From NCBI GenBank assembly GCA_000934665.2, contig JYFJ02001477.1, positions 1-64,000 on the forward strand: 64,000 bases of DNA, written 5' to 3'. The notes under the pieces are model-generated. The model was given only the letters and a program-made list of their open reading frames with translations. It was not told where the DNA came from and did no database searches. Numbering within the stretch: the stretch's first letter is position 1; every line of letters starts with the position of its first letter. The position numbers and the translations under genes were made by a program. Below, one piece after another: positions 45,001 through 56,990 of the stretch. Source of the stretch: Catajapyx aquilonaris (taxonomy: Eukaryota).

Positions 45001-48000
45001 GCCGCCGCCGTCGTCACGTCCAAACATCTCAGTAAGGACAACAAGATTGACAAGTCACCCAGCGTGATATGAGTATACTTTTTTTCTCATTGCCAAGGAA
45101 ATTCAAATAGGACAATAATGACATCGAATCAGGGAGCATATACGGAAAGTCTATCGTTTATCCGCACCTAGCGCATATACCAAATAAGAGGCGAAAACAT
45201 TCGATTTCCGCGTCTCTCTGTTTGGGGCCGTTGCCAAGGCTGGCAGCCATTTTGAAGAGTGGGCAACGCCAACGAGGTGTAAATAGGGTACAGGCAAAAA
45301 TAGGGTCCGCCATCTTTGATTCGCGGGTGTTCTATCCTGCCATGGCTGCCAAAATCATCAAAGATGGCGGACCCTATTTTGCCTGTACCCTATTTATACC
45401 TCGTTGGCGTTGGCGCGTTGCCCACACTTCAAAATGGCCGCCAGCCTTGGCAACGGCCCCAAACAGAGAGACGCGAACATAAAAGGCGCCGACAGAAGTT
45501 TGCGCCTCTTATGTAGTATATGCTCCCTGATCGAATGTTGTCAGTCTCATTTCCCTCTGCCCAATGAGAAAAAGTCTACTCGAATCACGCTCGTGTCTTG
45601 TTTTCGATGAGAAAAAGTTGGTGCCGAAACTATAATGTCTTTAATATCTTTCCAGGCGTGGTAGATGAGGACACTCCCTCGCAGAACATTACCTATATGG
45701 TGATGGACAGCAAAGGAGGTCACTTTGTTCGAGGGCCTTTCACCGACGAGGAAGGTCACTCCCCGCTGACCTCCTTCACTCAGGCTGACGTCGACGCTGG
45801 TCATGTTCTGTTCCTGCACACCGAGGGGACCAGCGTCAGTGCTCACTTGACGGCGACGGACGGCGTCCAGACGCTCCAGTCAATCCCGATGGAGTTTAGG
45901 GTCCAGGAGGTGACCCTGACCGTGACCTCCCCACAGACGCTGAGAGTGTTTCCGCTGACCCGCACCACTTTGACTCCATCGCATCTTCTGGCCATCACAT
46001 CCGACGGCGACGCGTCCCGACGTGTGACGTTTATTCTGCGACATAGACCTAGGCTGGGGCGTCTTCTGGTTCGGCAGGAGGGGGACGACGACCGGGACGC
46101 CTGGGACGCCGGCGGGTTTTCACAGCGGGATGTCAACGACTCTCGGGTTGCGTACGAGCACACGGCGCCGCTGACGTCGCTGTCTGGAGAGGACGTTCTG
46201 GAACTTGAAGCGGCGACGCCATGGGCGCCTCCAGTCAAAGGCGTCCGTGTGGAGGTTCATGTGACGCTGTCGGCGGCTGGGGACTCTGGCGACGCCGGTT
46301 TGGCTCATCTCATGCAGGTGACGCCCCTGACGGTGGAAGAAGGAGCGTCGGCCACTCTTACCAACAAGAATCTGGATCTCAGGTATAGTCGAAAGCCTGA
46401 TTACTTCAGATTATTCCGTACACAACTGCCAACGACCAAATGACCAAAGACGACCGTGTGAACCTTCCGTACATTTCCAGCGAACTTGAAGGCTTCCTGG
46501 CGTCCAGAGGTCTCCGATTGCGCCTCAGCGTCCGACTCGGATCGACGCCCGTCCATGGTGACCTGATCCTAGACGGACGTCGGTTGAAGGACGGCGCCGA
46601 GGTGCCTTTGTCGGCGCTGGCTGCGTCCAAGATCCAGTACCGTCACGATGACTCCGACACCTCCAGAGACAGCGTCGAGCTCTCCTTGTGGTTGTCACCC
46701 CCACCAGACGCCGCATCCAGCACCGAAGTGTCGTTGATGAACGCGACGCTCCCGATACACATCAAGCCAGTCAACGATCAGCCCTTCAGACTGGTGACCC
46801 TTCACCCCCAGATGGAGGTCGTGCAGGGTCACTGGAGGACAATCACGGAGACGGAGCTTCTGGCTGAAGACGCCGACTCAACTCCGGAGCAGCTGGTGTA
46901 CGACGTCGTTAGCGGACCGACGCTCGGGAGGCTCATACTGGTGCGGGAAGGGACACCAGGGGCGGTCCGGGGGCAGCCTGCCCTCAGGTTCACCCAGGCC
47001 GACATCGCCCTGGGTCGCGTCAGGTACGGAGTTATTTACTAAGGGTATACGTATAGTCCGATGCATACCATACAATACCTTTTTTCATTACAGGTACCAG
47101 CACGACGGACCGGTTGCGGGCGCCAACTTCCACTTTCGGGTATGGGACGGACGCTTCCCACCGTCGTACGCCGTCTTCTCCGTCGATGTCATACCGGCGA
47201 CGCTCTCGACGCCTAACAACGCAGCGGTCTCGCTCAAGCTTCCTCAAGGGTCAGCATCGGTGCCCATGACCCCTGACATGCTGCCTGTCGCCACCAACGG
47301 CGATCCTGGACGCGTCGCCTTCAACGTCACCGTTACCCCTCGGTACGGACACATACTGCTCAACGACACGGCGTCGACATCCTTCTCAGCCGCTGATGTG
47401 CGTCGCCGTGCTGTCAACTACGTTCAGCGGAACATGACAGCATCAAACGACACCTTCAAGGTAGTGGCCTGGATCCGAGGCGTCCAGGGCGTCACACTGC
47501 CGCCCAGACGCGTCGATGTCACTGTTATACCTCTGCTACGTCCCGCCCCGCCTGGAACCCCGCCGTTCGCGCCCAAACGCGGCCGACGCACCCAGCTGCC
47601 TCTGAGCGCGTTGGACGCGACGCCACTAGCTCAACTGACGAGGACCAACCCTGTGTTCGAGGTAGTTGAGAAGCCAAAGTTCGGGCGTCTCCGGAAGCTG
47701 GTGCCGTCCAGGCACGTACGGGCCGCTCCGGACGCTCCCGACGCTCCGCCACTGCCTCCGCGCGAAAAGGAAGCGGCGCGGTTCACGCTGGCAGAGCTGC
47801 GCAACGGAATGGTGGTGTACGTAGCGCGCGATGTTCGTGAAGCTCATGATTCGTTTACGTACCGGTTGACGGCGCCGGGAGTGCAGCCGGCGTATGGGCG
47901 ACTACAATTCGCGCTGCTACCGCCGGATGGGGACGTCGAGACGCCCCCTACGCTTCCGACGCTGCCAACGACCATTGTTGCAGTGGTGCCAACCGCGGCG

Positions 48001-48462
48001 ACGCCTCCGACGCGTGCAGTGTCGAGCCCGAACTTGAGCGGCGACTCGGCTCTGATCGCCGGGGTCGTCATAGGCGTCGTGGCGCTAGCGGCGGCTATAG
48101 TGCTGCTGGTCAAGTGCAACGCGCGTCGTCGACGTCGCGGTGAGGCTACCAAGGACATTGATAAGGTGCCGCCGCCGTCGCAGCCTGAGAAGGGAACTAA
48201 AGTGCTGCGACCCCCGCTTCCGCCTCCGACGCTGACGTCCCTGGCGCCTCCAGACCAGCTTCAGGCGCCGCCGTCTGTGCCCCACTGTCGCGTCACCCCC
48301 TTGGACGCCCCCGACGTCGCCCTTCCCCCATCCGACCCCTCACCTTTTCCGCCAGCTCCGTTCCCATACGGCTCCGACAACGCCATGGACGCCCCCGACG
48401 CCGCCACATTCGCCGCCAGGACCAACAATCCTCTTCTTCGCAAGAACCAATACTGGGTCTAA
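39017..48462 (+). CDS. CSPG4: Chondroitin sulfate proteoglycan 4 / NG2 (kon-tiki/perdido orthologue); exons 39017-39143, 39219-39382, 39540-39682, 39736-40654, 40709-41050, 41845-42948, 43129-45031, 45656-46382, 46481-47023, 47094-48462 (~2446 aa; alternative ATG 39002)
   Basis: Signal peptide, two laminin-G domains (ASFYGDS.., FRGCLASL, LRGCMRGL), many CSPG repeats (YVHDGSE, PVNDxP, FTQAD), one TM helix and the C-terminal PDZ ligand KNQYWV. All splices are phase-compatible. Confidence 0.95.
41060..41445. mobile_element. MITE-like inverted-repeat element in a CSPG4 intron
   Basis: GATCTTTACTACACGACGAA...TGGCAAAGCCACAATAACGTTCGTTGGC pairs with GCCAACGAACGCTATTGTGGCTTTGCCA...TTCGTCGAGTATAGTAAGATC. 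Confidence 0.7.
45130..45529. mobile_element. 400-bp palindromic MITE with 7-bp TSD (P/Galileo-like ends)
   Basis: ATCGAAT|CAGGGAGCATATAC...GTATATGCTCCCTG|ATCGAAT with a long internal inverted repeat; relatives at 49380-49720 and a terminus at ~14234-14247. Confidence 0.85.
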
Positions 48463-48900
48463 AAACTAAATTCGGGTGCAAATTTTTTGATAACGACTTT
48501 TATTTAATTTAAAAAAAAGGACGCTACAATCGACTTACAAGTTGGACGTCCAACTTTTCACATGTCCCAGCGAACAGTTAAGTGTGTGTGATAGCCTAAA
48601 TAGTGAGTGACACTTTTGGTATTTACATACCCTCCTTTTTATTACGGGCTGGTCGTCGTTTTTTCAATAGCGCCGTTGGTCGTCGCGACGGCGTGTAAGT
48701 AGGACGGTATACACTTTGTGTGTGAAGGACAACGCTGTATTTATGTTACAGAGGCAGCAAAAATGACGTAACACGGGTATAAAGTTGGGAACAACACCAG
48801 AGCCAGGCTGGCACGATTAAGGTCACAATATGTACAGTCATGCCAGCTTGGTGCTTGTGTCCTTTTTCTTTGGGTACACCCTCATAATTTATAGTCTTAA

Positions 48901-51900
48901 TCACTGCTTGAGAGGTACGTCGGGTCCTGGTGCAGCGTCGCCTCCTGACGTCAACACGTCGGTGCTAGCCTCGTCCTCCAGGATGCCAAACTCCTCTTCA
49001 GCCTGTGCTTCGTTCTTCAGTAGTTGCAACTGGTCCCTCTGTTGCCTCCTGAAGAACCCAGCCTTGACCAGAGCCAGAACCACCAGTAGAAGCAGAAGAA
49101 CTCCGCCAGCCACCGACACCCAGATGATCCAGGAGTCCAGGCTGCGTTGCGGCGCGGCCAGAACGCGCGCGAACCCAACGGTCGCATCCGGTGAGTCCCC
49201 AGTCTGCACCACACCTACAGGAAGCGACACTAGGGACACACCAGTCGTGCCAAGTATCAGCAGGTCCTTTTCCTTCCCGAGAATCGGACCTGAAAAGAAG
49301 TTGGGCTCATTTACACCTGCCGCGAACTAACTCAACAGCTGATCTTTCCTATACGCGACGAAATAACATAAGGCTAGGGCAGGGAGCATATATACTACAC
49401 AAGAGGCGCAAACTTCGGTCAGCGCCATTGATTTCCGCGTCTCTCTGTTTGGGGCCGTTGCCAAGGCTGGCGGCCATTTTGAAAAGTGGGGGCGACGCCA
49501 ACGAGGTGTAAATATAGGGTACAGGCAAAAATAGAGTTCGCCATCTTCGATGGTCTTGGCGGCCATGGGCAACTATACACGGCAAGAACACGCGTGAATC
49601 AAAGATGGCGGACCCTATTTTTGCCTGTACCATATTTACACCTCGTTGGCGATGCCCCCACTTCAAAATGGCCGCCAGCCTTGGCAACGCTCCAAACAGG
49701 GAGACGCGGAAATCGAATATTTCCACCTCTTCCCATTCGGACGCGCTCCAGCCACGTCGTCGCGTAGTAAAGATCAGCCGTTTAGACCCGGTCCCACTTA
49801 CGTATGACTGTGGCGTTGAGTCTGAGTCTGAAGGTTAGGATGGCCCTTGAGTCCTTACGAAGCGGTCCACCCTGACAGGTGACATCGGCGCAGACGGCAT
49901 CGGTGGACCTGGTGCAGTTGAGCAGAACAGTACGATTCAGCGGTATGTCTCTCAAGATAGGCTGCAACCAGCTGTCGTCGCGGACATCCCGTCGCTTCCG
50001 TCGTTCGTCCCCAAGGTCGCTGCTGTCTCCATCTCCTGATCCGCCTCTTTCTGACTTAAATGGCCCGTCACATTGTATGGACTGTCCGTCCAGAAAGGAC
50101 TGGTGTCCCACCAACTCTCCGAACACTATCTCCTCTTTGTTGATCCGGAATCCGATAGGAAACCTAAACACCATGGTTGCCTGCTCGATCGGGGTTGGCT
50201 CGACGTTGCGGACCTCGAACCTTTGAGTCACTGTCACCAGCTGGCTCGGTACACTGGCGGCGTCCTTGGCGTCTTCAGGCGGCGGCTTCGGAAGGTTCAC
50301 CTCTGGAGTTGCAGCACTGTGCGGACCAACATGTGAGACGATGTAAAAGATTCGTGTGGTGTCCGCGACGTTTTGTTTACCGGCCGCAAGGGTCGTTGCC
50401 GGATGTCGGGCAGACCCTTGCGGCAGGAGGGCAAACAAAAAGTCGCGAACGCCACTCGAATACTGTGCGACAATCTTTTTGTGTGTTATAGTACATCACA
50501 AAGAATTATTGAGATACTCACGAGCTTATGGTGATGTCGATTGCGGTCTTTAGAGGCAGGGTCATTGTCAGGTTGTTGTCTTTGAGAAGCTCTGGCTTTT
50601 CAACCGACGACGACGACGACACTAGATGGACCGATACTTCTCTGAGCAAAGCAGGGATTCTGGTGACGTCCAGGTCCAGCTCGACTGTTCCGGCGTCGTC
50701 TTGCCCCAGCGGGTTTCCAATGTCGCACTCGAGCGTCTCCCATGTCTGCGTCTGTCCCGACGGCGTCGCTGATGATCTCTGGCAGCTGGACGGCTGGCGT
50801 CGGAAGCTGAGGGGCGGCTGGATGCTGACCAGCACCTTTGCCAGAAACGCATTCTCGCCACGGTTGCCCACTGTCACCGTCAATGGCAAACTGCTGCGTG
50901 ATCCGATCACCAATGGAATCTGGCCGAACTCGCCCGAGACGTACAGATCGGCGTTGCAGACGTCGTCGCCGTCGGTGTCGCATCCGGTCGCGAACGGGAT
51001 GGCCCGCTGGACCCCTTCAGACATCGACGGTTCAGTCACAGGACATTGAGGACAGAAGCCATCGTCGCCGCCCATACGTCGACGCAGCCACACAGGCTCG
51101 GGCCCCAACGTCGGCGTCGTGGTCTGACGTAAATGCGACGTCAGCTCCAAAACAATGGGGTGGACCTTGTCGATGTTTCCTTGCCTGATCTGTATCTGGA
51201 ATGATCTGCAGGACTTCTCCCTGGCTCTAAGCTGCTGCTTGTACTTGTAGTCCGACGACTCCTGACCTTCGACCGTCGTGTGAACCCTGGGATGAAGCAC
51301 CAGGAGGTCCATCTGAAGACGTATCTCCACATCTGGATGACAAAGACAATCAGCAAACTTTGTACACAATTACTTAATTGTTAAGAACTGACCTAGCATT
51401 TCCGGCAATCCTTTCCCGTTGTAGCTGACACATGCCTCGACGTCGAATCCGGTAGCGTCGATGGGCAGTCGGATCGCCGAGGAGGTCAAAATGTGGTCGA
51501 TGACCACGACTGGTTTGGTCCTGAACACGACGGCATGTCCGGAGTCGTAGGCGCCGACGACCAGGTCAGGGTATGTGTTACCGTCGATGTCCTCGGCGCC
51601 TGACACCGAGACGCCGAACCCTCTCAGTAATGGGGACAGCTCCGACGCCGACAGACGCTGCGATTCCTTAAGCCCCCCAGCGACGCTACCGATGTACAAG
51701 TACACCGCGCCTGCACCGTCGTCTTCATACGGAGCACCGACAGCTACGTCAGCAATTCCATCGCCATTGACGTCCCCTACGCCCGACACAGACGTGCCAA
51801 ACCGGGCTCCAAGACGCTGGCCGCCCAAAAGCGACGCCGTCTCCATCAGCAAACCGGCGCCCTTGCTGAGGTACACATACACTTTGCCATGATCACCACC

Positions 51901-53970
51901 ACCCGACGCCGATTGCAGCGAATGCATAGGGGCGCCGACCAGTATGTCATCGAGGCCATCACCGTCGACGTCAACGACGGCCAACGACGCTCCGAATCCT
52001 TCGCCTAGTTGGCCTCCACGACGCGTCGCCCGTACAACCAACCGTGTGTTTTCAGCCTCTCCTTGCTCATCATTCGTGTACTCAACCACCAAAATCTGCA
52101 ACATAACCAATGTACTTGTGGCGCCACGAACTGAGACGGCAAAAGAGGGAATGGAAATTTTCCCTGGCCGTATGACCACCTTCATTGATCATTAAATTAT
52201 TTATGTATTTGTCGTGGGAACATTTTCTTTTGCCGCCATTGGCTCAAGGCGCTACCAGTACGACTCCATTATTGACCCACCTTTCCGAACAGGTCCGATC
52301 CTCTGGGTGCCCCGGTGACGAAATGTGTTTTTGTTCTAGATATAATCCTTCCAGATGCGACGGAGTACCCGACGTAGTCCGAGTATTGTATTTCAGAGTT
52401 GAAATAAGTGTTGGGAACCCACAGTTGGCTCAAAGGTTCTATAGAGGTGTCGCGACGCCTTCTCTTGTTGTCTCCGCCTGCAAAGTCGTCGCTGGCGTCC
52501 TTGTACCTCAAGACGCTTCCTTTCCACTCGATAATACCCGGTGCGCCCAACACCAACTGTTTACCATCCGGTGTGAACTGTGCTGAGAAACCAGCCTGTC
52601 CATACGCATAGTAGAAGAGAAGTCGAGATGCCCCTGGGTCACCTGCCATCTCATGACTCGGCGGATTGTATCCCTGATCACCTGTCAAAAAAAAATGTCA
52701 AAAAGGTCAAAACCGACTTCACAGACACACTTTTTTAAAAAATGTACTGACCGAACGACGAAAGCGGCACGATTTTATTGGCCTCTGCTTCTGGCGGACT
52801 ATCGCTCCACATCCAATAGCAAACACCGTTCATCAGATAGTATTTCTTAGACTTCTGGTTCACCCATCTGTACCCACATGTCTATAAGAAAAAATTGCGG
52901 AACATGTGTGATAAAAGGTCTATAGTTATCGCTCTCAAGATAAGACACGTTGGCGCCCGGTGTGATTCGGAAACGTGTGACGCACCAATATTCCTATTAA
53001 AAACTGCCAGTTTTCGCTTTCCCTTTTCAACAATTAAAGGACAAAAATAATGACGGTCAGAGAAGATGGGACACACTTCAAATTGAGGCGAGACACCCAG
53101 CTGGTGGACTTTGTCCGCGCGGTGACTCATCACCAACGTGCTTGCAGTGCCACTGTCGCCCTAAGCATGGCAGTGCAGTGACCTGTCCTCCAGTTGTTGA
53201 ATGGGGAAATTAGTGTTGGACTTTGTCCGCGCGGTGGCTCATCACCAACGTGCATGCAGTACTACTTTCCCCCTGAGAGTGGCAGTATATAGTGTACACT
53301 GTACAGAGGAAGAGCCTATACGCCAACTGGTAGGGGCCTATCGTACTACCGTCCAAGTTGGGGAGAAAGCACTGTTGCCAAATGAGTCCGCTACTATTAA
53401 TAGACAATTCTATAGTCAGTTGATGACAATGCCATAATATAGACAGGGTGCGGTGACTTGCGGGAAAAGTGTCGTCACTAGTTTTCATTGAATTTGTGAG
53501 CCAGAACAAGGAGAATATATGGGAACGTATATTGTCGCACTTACCGCAACCTTACGCTTTGACGGTGCGTCGCTTTGTGGCGGCGACACTGCGAGCGTCC
53601 CTCCAATCCAGGCGTCGTCCTTCTTATCGCAGTAGATCAGACTGGAAGAACACTTTTCTTCGGGGTTCTTCGGTGTGTTTCCGGTGTTTTCTAGGTACAT
53701 TGCCTTACAGGCGTCGCCCTGCGTCGCCTTGAGATTGCACCGGTACAGCACCCCAGGTTCATGCACGGACGCGTAGTCTTTGAGGCTCGAGTTGTCCTTG
53801 GGTGCACCGCAGTACAGCCACGACGACGTTCGTGTTTCGGACACCAACGCTACCGAGTACCCAAAATATGACTCTGGAGGACCCTCAGCAACCAACGGAA
53901 AGTGGACGTCCAGATTGAAAGCGGCGCACAGCGTCGGCACTAGAAGCAGGAGACGTCCAGTCGACGCCAT
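48901..53970 (-). CDS. Integrin alpha subunit (probably alphaPS3/scab-like); exons 53970-53545, 52881-52752, 52681-52281, 52095-51393, 51332-50522, 50316-49802, 49289-48901 (~1124 aa)
   Basis: Signal peptide then FNLD, FG-GAP repeats with DxDGDG cation-binding loops, RTKPVV, an RRKRR cleavage site, a TM helix and KAGFFRR. No I-domain. Splices are phase-compatible (alternative last acceptor at 49316). Confidence 0.93.
49337..49780. mobile_element. Nested MITEs in the last integrin intron
   Basis: Outer ends GCTGATCTTTCCTATACGCGACG / CGTCGCGTAGTAAAGATCAGC (same family as 41060-41445) enclose a one-ended copy of the CAGGGAGCATATA element. Confidence 0.7.
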
Positions 53971-55136
53971 CGCTAGTTCAGGACTGAGCCTCTCGTTATC
54001 TTCTCCGTACTGATAGTACCGTTGATACTACGAAAAGGTGGCGCCCGGTACAGTCCGAATGCGGTCCCTGCACTTCCGTCCTTGATTGGCCAGAAACAGC
54101 TGCTAACTTCCGCGGGCTTATCGCTGCTGTTTCCTGTTCCACATAGTTGCCCCCCCCCCNCCCCCCCCAAACGGGATGGGATGTCCCGAGGTACCCGCCG
54201 TACCGGTACGTCAAATGATCAACAAGCTCAAGATGACAACGAGACGAATCTCACAAGCTGATTCCCGGACCAACTTATCTCGATTGCTGTCTTTCCAACC
54301 GGTTGCTGGAGCGAACAATCCAGCCGGTTGCTCGACAGGTTGCTAGAAAGAACAATCCAACTTTTTCTTGAAGAGCCGCAGTGAACGTTCATGCTGTCGG
54401 AACCGGTACAACAGGTACTCTAACTGCACCGATTTCTTGCAAAGTGACACACATACAGTTGACGTCATGCGTTACGTACGTCGTATTATGTACATAAAAA
54501 TGTGCATACATTGTCCTTGCAACTTGGACTTGAAACCGGGCGCGGCTTCCATTCATAATTGAGTACTATCAGCGACTAAAATGTTGGGGATCTTGCGGTT
54601 CAAATTGGAGAGGAATTGTGGCAATATCGCGAATATTTTTTTGCACGTGACGTCAACTTCTGGGAACAACGGATTGTGACCTCTAGACTACAGCATAGGA
54701 AGTGATTGCTCATCGGTTTGATATTTGAGATGTAATGCCATTAGGATAATGCGTGGGTGGAGTCGTGGAAAGGTCTGTTTACCAAATGGGCGGCATCCAT
54801 ACTCATAATTATACGCAACGCAAAAAGAAATTATTTTGTTTAAATTACACGAATATATGATAATAATTTTATTGTAACTTACAACCAGGTTGCTGGAGCT
54901 AACAATCCTTCACTTTTCCGTCTGTTTTTATTTTCGCAAATTTTGGCACATATTTAGTTCCAGTGGTTCCGCGTCACAAATTTTTCGCCAATAATTTGGC
55001 GAAGATGACACCAGCTTGCGAATTGGCAAGCGGAGAAAGTTGGGCGACGAATTGAAAGTTGTTTTCAAGGTTAATGACTCGACAATTTTCTTAATTATTA
55101 TGATTTTATTAATGATTATGGGTTGAATAATTATAA

Positions 55137-55770
55137 TTACAAACGTGCGGATCTGCGAGGACGAAGGTACTCGTCTTCTTCGTGGTGATGAAAAGGTGCG
55201 ATCCGGACAGGGTACGGAATGGGTTGGATGATCGGAACTCGCTGGATGATCGGGACCTTCTGGAACACTGGAAACCTTTGGTACACTGGCACCTTCTGGT
55301 ACACAGGGTACCGCTGGATCACCGGAAACTTCTTGTAAACATTAACCTGCTTGTAGATCGGAACGTGCACCAACATCGGTACAAGCCGAAGCTGAGGCTT
55401 GTACTCCTGCTGTGGGTGTGGGCGGGGCTAAAGAACAAACAAGCAAGCAAACAAGCATCAGCACTCTGTCAAGGTGTATGAGTGGGGTGGAAAACACGGA
55501 CTTACCTTATCTCCATCGTCACCTCCATCGTCTGAATAGTTGTAGTCTTCGTGAAAGTTATAATATTCATGGGCAGCATTATTGTGGTCCATCTCTCTGT
55601 TGCCTTTGTAACCTCTTCCATTAGCAGTGGTCAGCATTACAACCGCTGTCAGGGTTGCAAACACCAGAATCTGCCGAGAGACCAATTGATGTGAATTTCG
55701 GGACCATTGGAACCAGCAGTGGTGCCAATTTTTGCTTTCTAAAAATTAGTCCCCGTAGTACCATATCCAT
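55137..55770 (-). CDS. Small secreted Pro/Val/Tyr-rich protein (low-complexity cuticle-protein-like); exons 55770-55762, 55670-55506, 55427-55137 (~154 aa)
   Basis: Hydrophobic signal (ILVFATLTAVVMLTTANG), an acidic/His segment and ~7 hexapeptide repeats (K/R)xP(V/I)(Y/F/I)Q, with phase-0 GT-AG introns. The 3-codon first exon is inferred. Confidence 0.65.
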
Positions 55771-56183
55771 CACATAAATGGCGCATACTCTGCACACTAC
55801 TGCCACTCTCAGGTCGTGTGAATTGTATAGTGGTACTACATGCAGACCTAAAGCTATAATAGATGATGACTCGCCCCGGACAAACAGTCACAGACTTACC
55901 AATTTTCTGTCCATTTTTTTGAGTTGCTCTGTCTCTGTAGCTTCTGCGCTAGTGAATGACTGAAAAATAGGAGACCTTGCGAATTTTTGTAGAGGTGAAA
56001 GGGGTGATGAGAAGTTCAACTAAAAAAGAGAAACTAGTGCGATTTCCTACAAGCACCTGCAGTATTGTCACTCTTCTGTAAACATAGTTAGGCGACAAGT
56101 GCTGGCCATTAGGGGGAAAAAATTGGGCCCAAAACTATTACACTGCAACAATAATTACACATGCTGATCTTTGTAGTACTGTA

Positions 56184-56213
56184 CAACAACAACGATGACG
56201 ATATAACAACAAC

Positions 56214-56266
<53 letters not shown>

Positions 56267-56287
56267 CAGTAGCAGCAGCAGGTACTA

Positions 56288-56330
<43 letters not shown>

Positions 56331-56424
56331 GCTGCTACTACTGCTGCTACTACTGCTACTGCTACTGCTACTGCTACTGCTACTACTACTACTACTACTA
56401 CTACTAATAATAATAATTATTATT

Positions 56425-56460
<36 letters not shown>
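56184..56460. repeat. Compound trinucleotide microsatellite (AAC)(AGT)n..(ACT/GCT)n(AAT)(TAT)(CAT)n
   Basis: Directly visible; the (AGT)n and (ACT)n blocks are mutual reverse complements. Confidence 0.95.
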
Positions 56461-56461
<1 letters not shown>

Positions 56462-56619
56462 CATGGTTCCATATAAAGGGTAGTCAGCGAATAACGAGGT
56501 CCTATATATTATAAAAATAGTTAAACAATAATTAATTAATTAATTAATGTTGACCTTGGAAGATACGGTACTGTACCAAGGCCGTACCGTTTACACTTAC
56601 TAGCTCCACATCATTTAGA

Positions 56620-56910
56620 ACTTGCAACCAATCACAAGACGTAATATAATAAAACTAGCCAATCGCTGCATGGGTGAAAGTTTGATACAAATCATGTAAA
56701 CACCCTTGATGCAGTTACACGTGCAAGTTGAGAGCCAATCGAATTTTAGAATTACATTGTGCGCATGCGTACTAGTTTGGCATGGAACATGTAAACACCA
56801 TTAATGCGGTTACACGTGCAAGTTAATATCAGCCAATCAAATGCTGGGATTGTATTTGGCGCATGCGTTCATTGTTTGTTGTTTATGCCTGTTCCAACAT
56901 GGCTGCCTGT
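56620..56910 (+). promoter_or_regulatory. CTC1 promoter with four CCAAT boxes, two GCGCATGCG (NRF1/ewg-like) sites and a duplicated CATGTAAACACC..TTACACGTGCAAGTT block
   Basis: RCCAATC at ~56627, 56658, 56733 and 56831; GCGCATGCG at ~56761 and 56859. Confidence 0.55.
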
Positions 56911-56990
56911 CAACTGCGTCTGTAGGACTAGATGATTATACAATCTATTGGTGTTCGATTCGAAGCCGCGTTCTCTTAGATTTCTGGACA

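Noticed and set aside
39658..48481. Many antisense and alternate-frame ORFs over CSPG4 (likewise over the integrin and ZNF genes)
   Set aside because: Expected shadows of GC-rich or repetitive coding sequence; no domain signatures.
56109..56514. Homopolymer ORFs (poly-S/T, poly-V/L/I)
   Set aside because: They are translations of the trinucleotide microsatellite.
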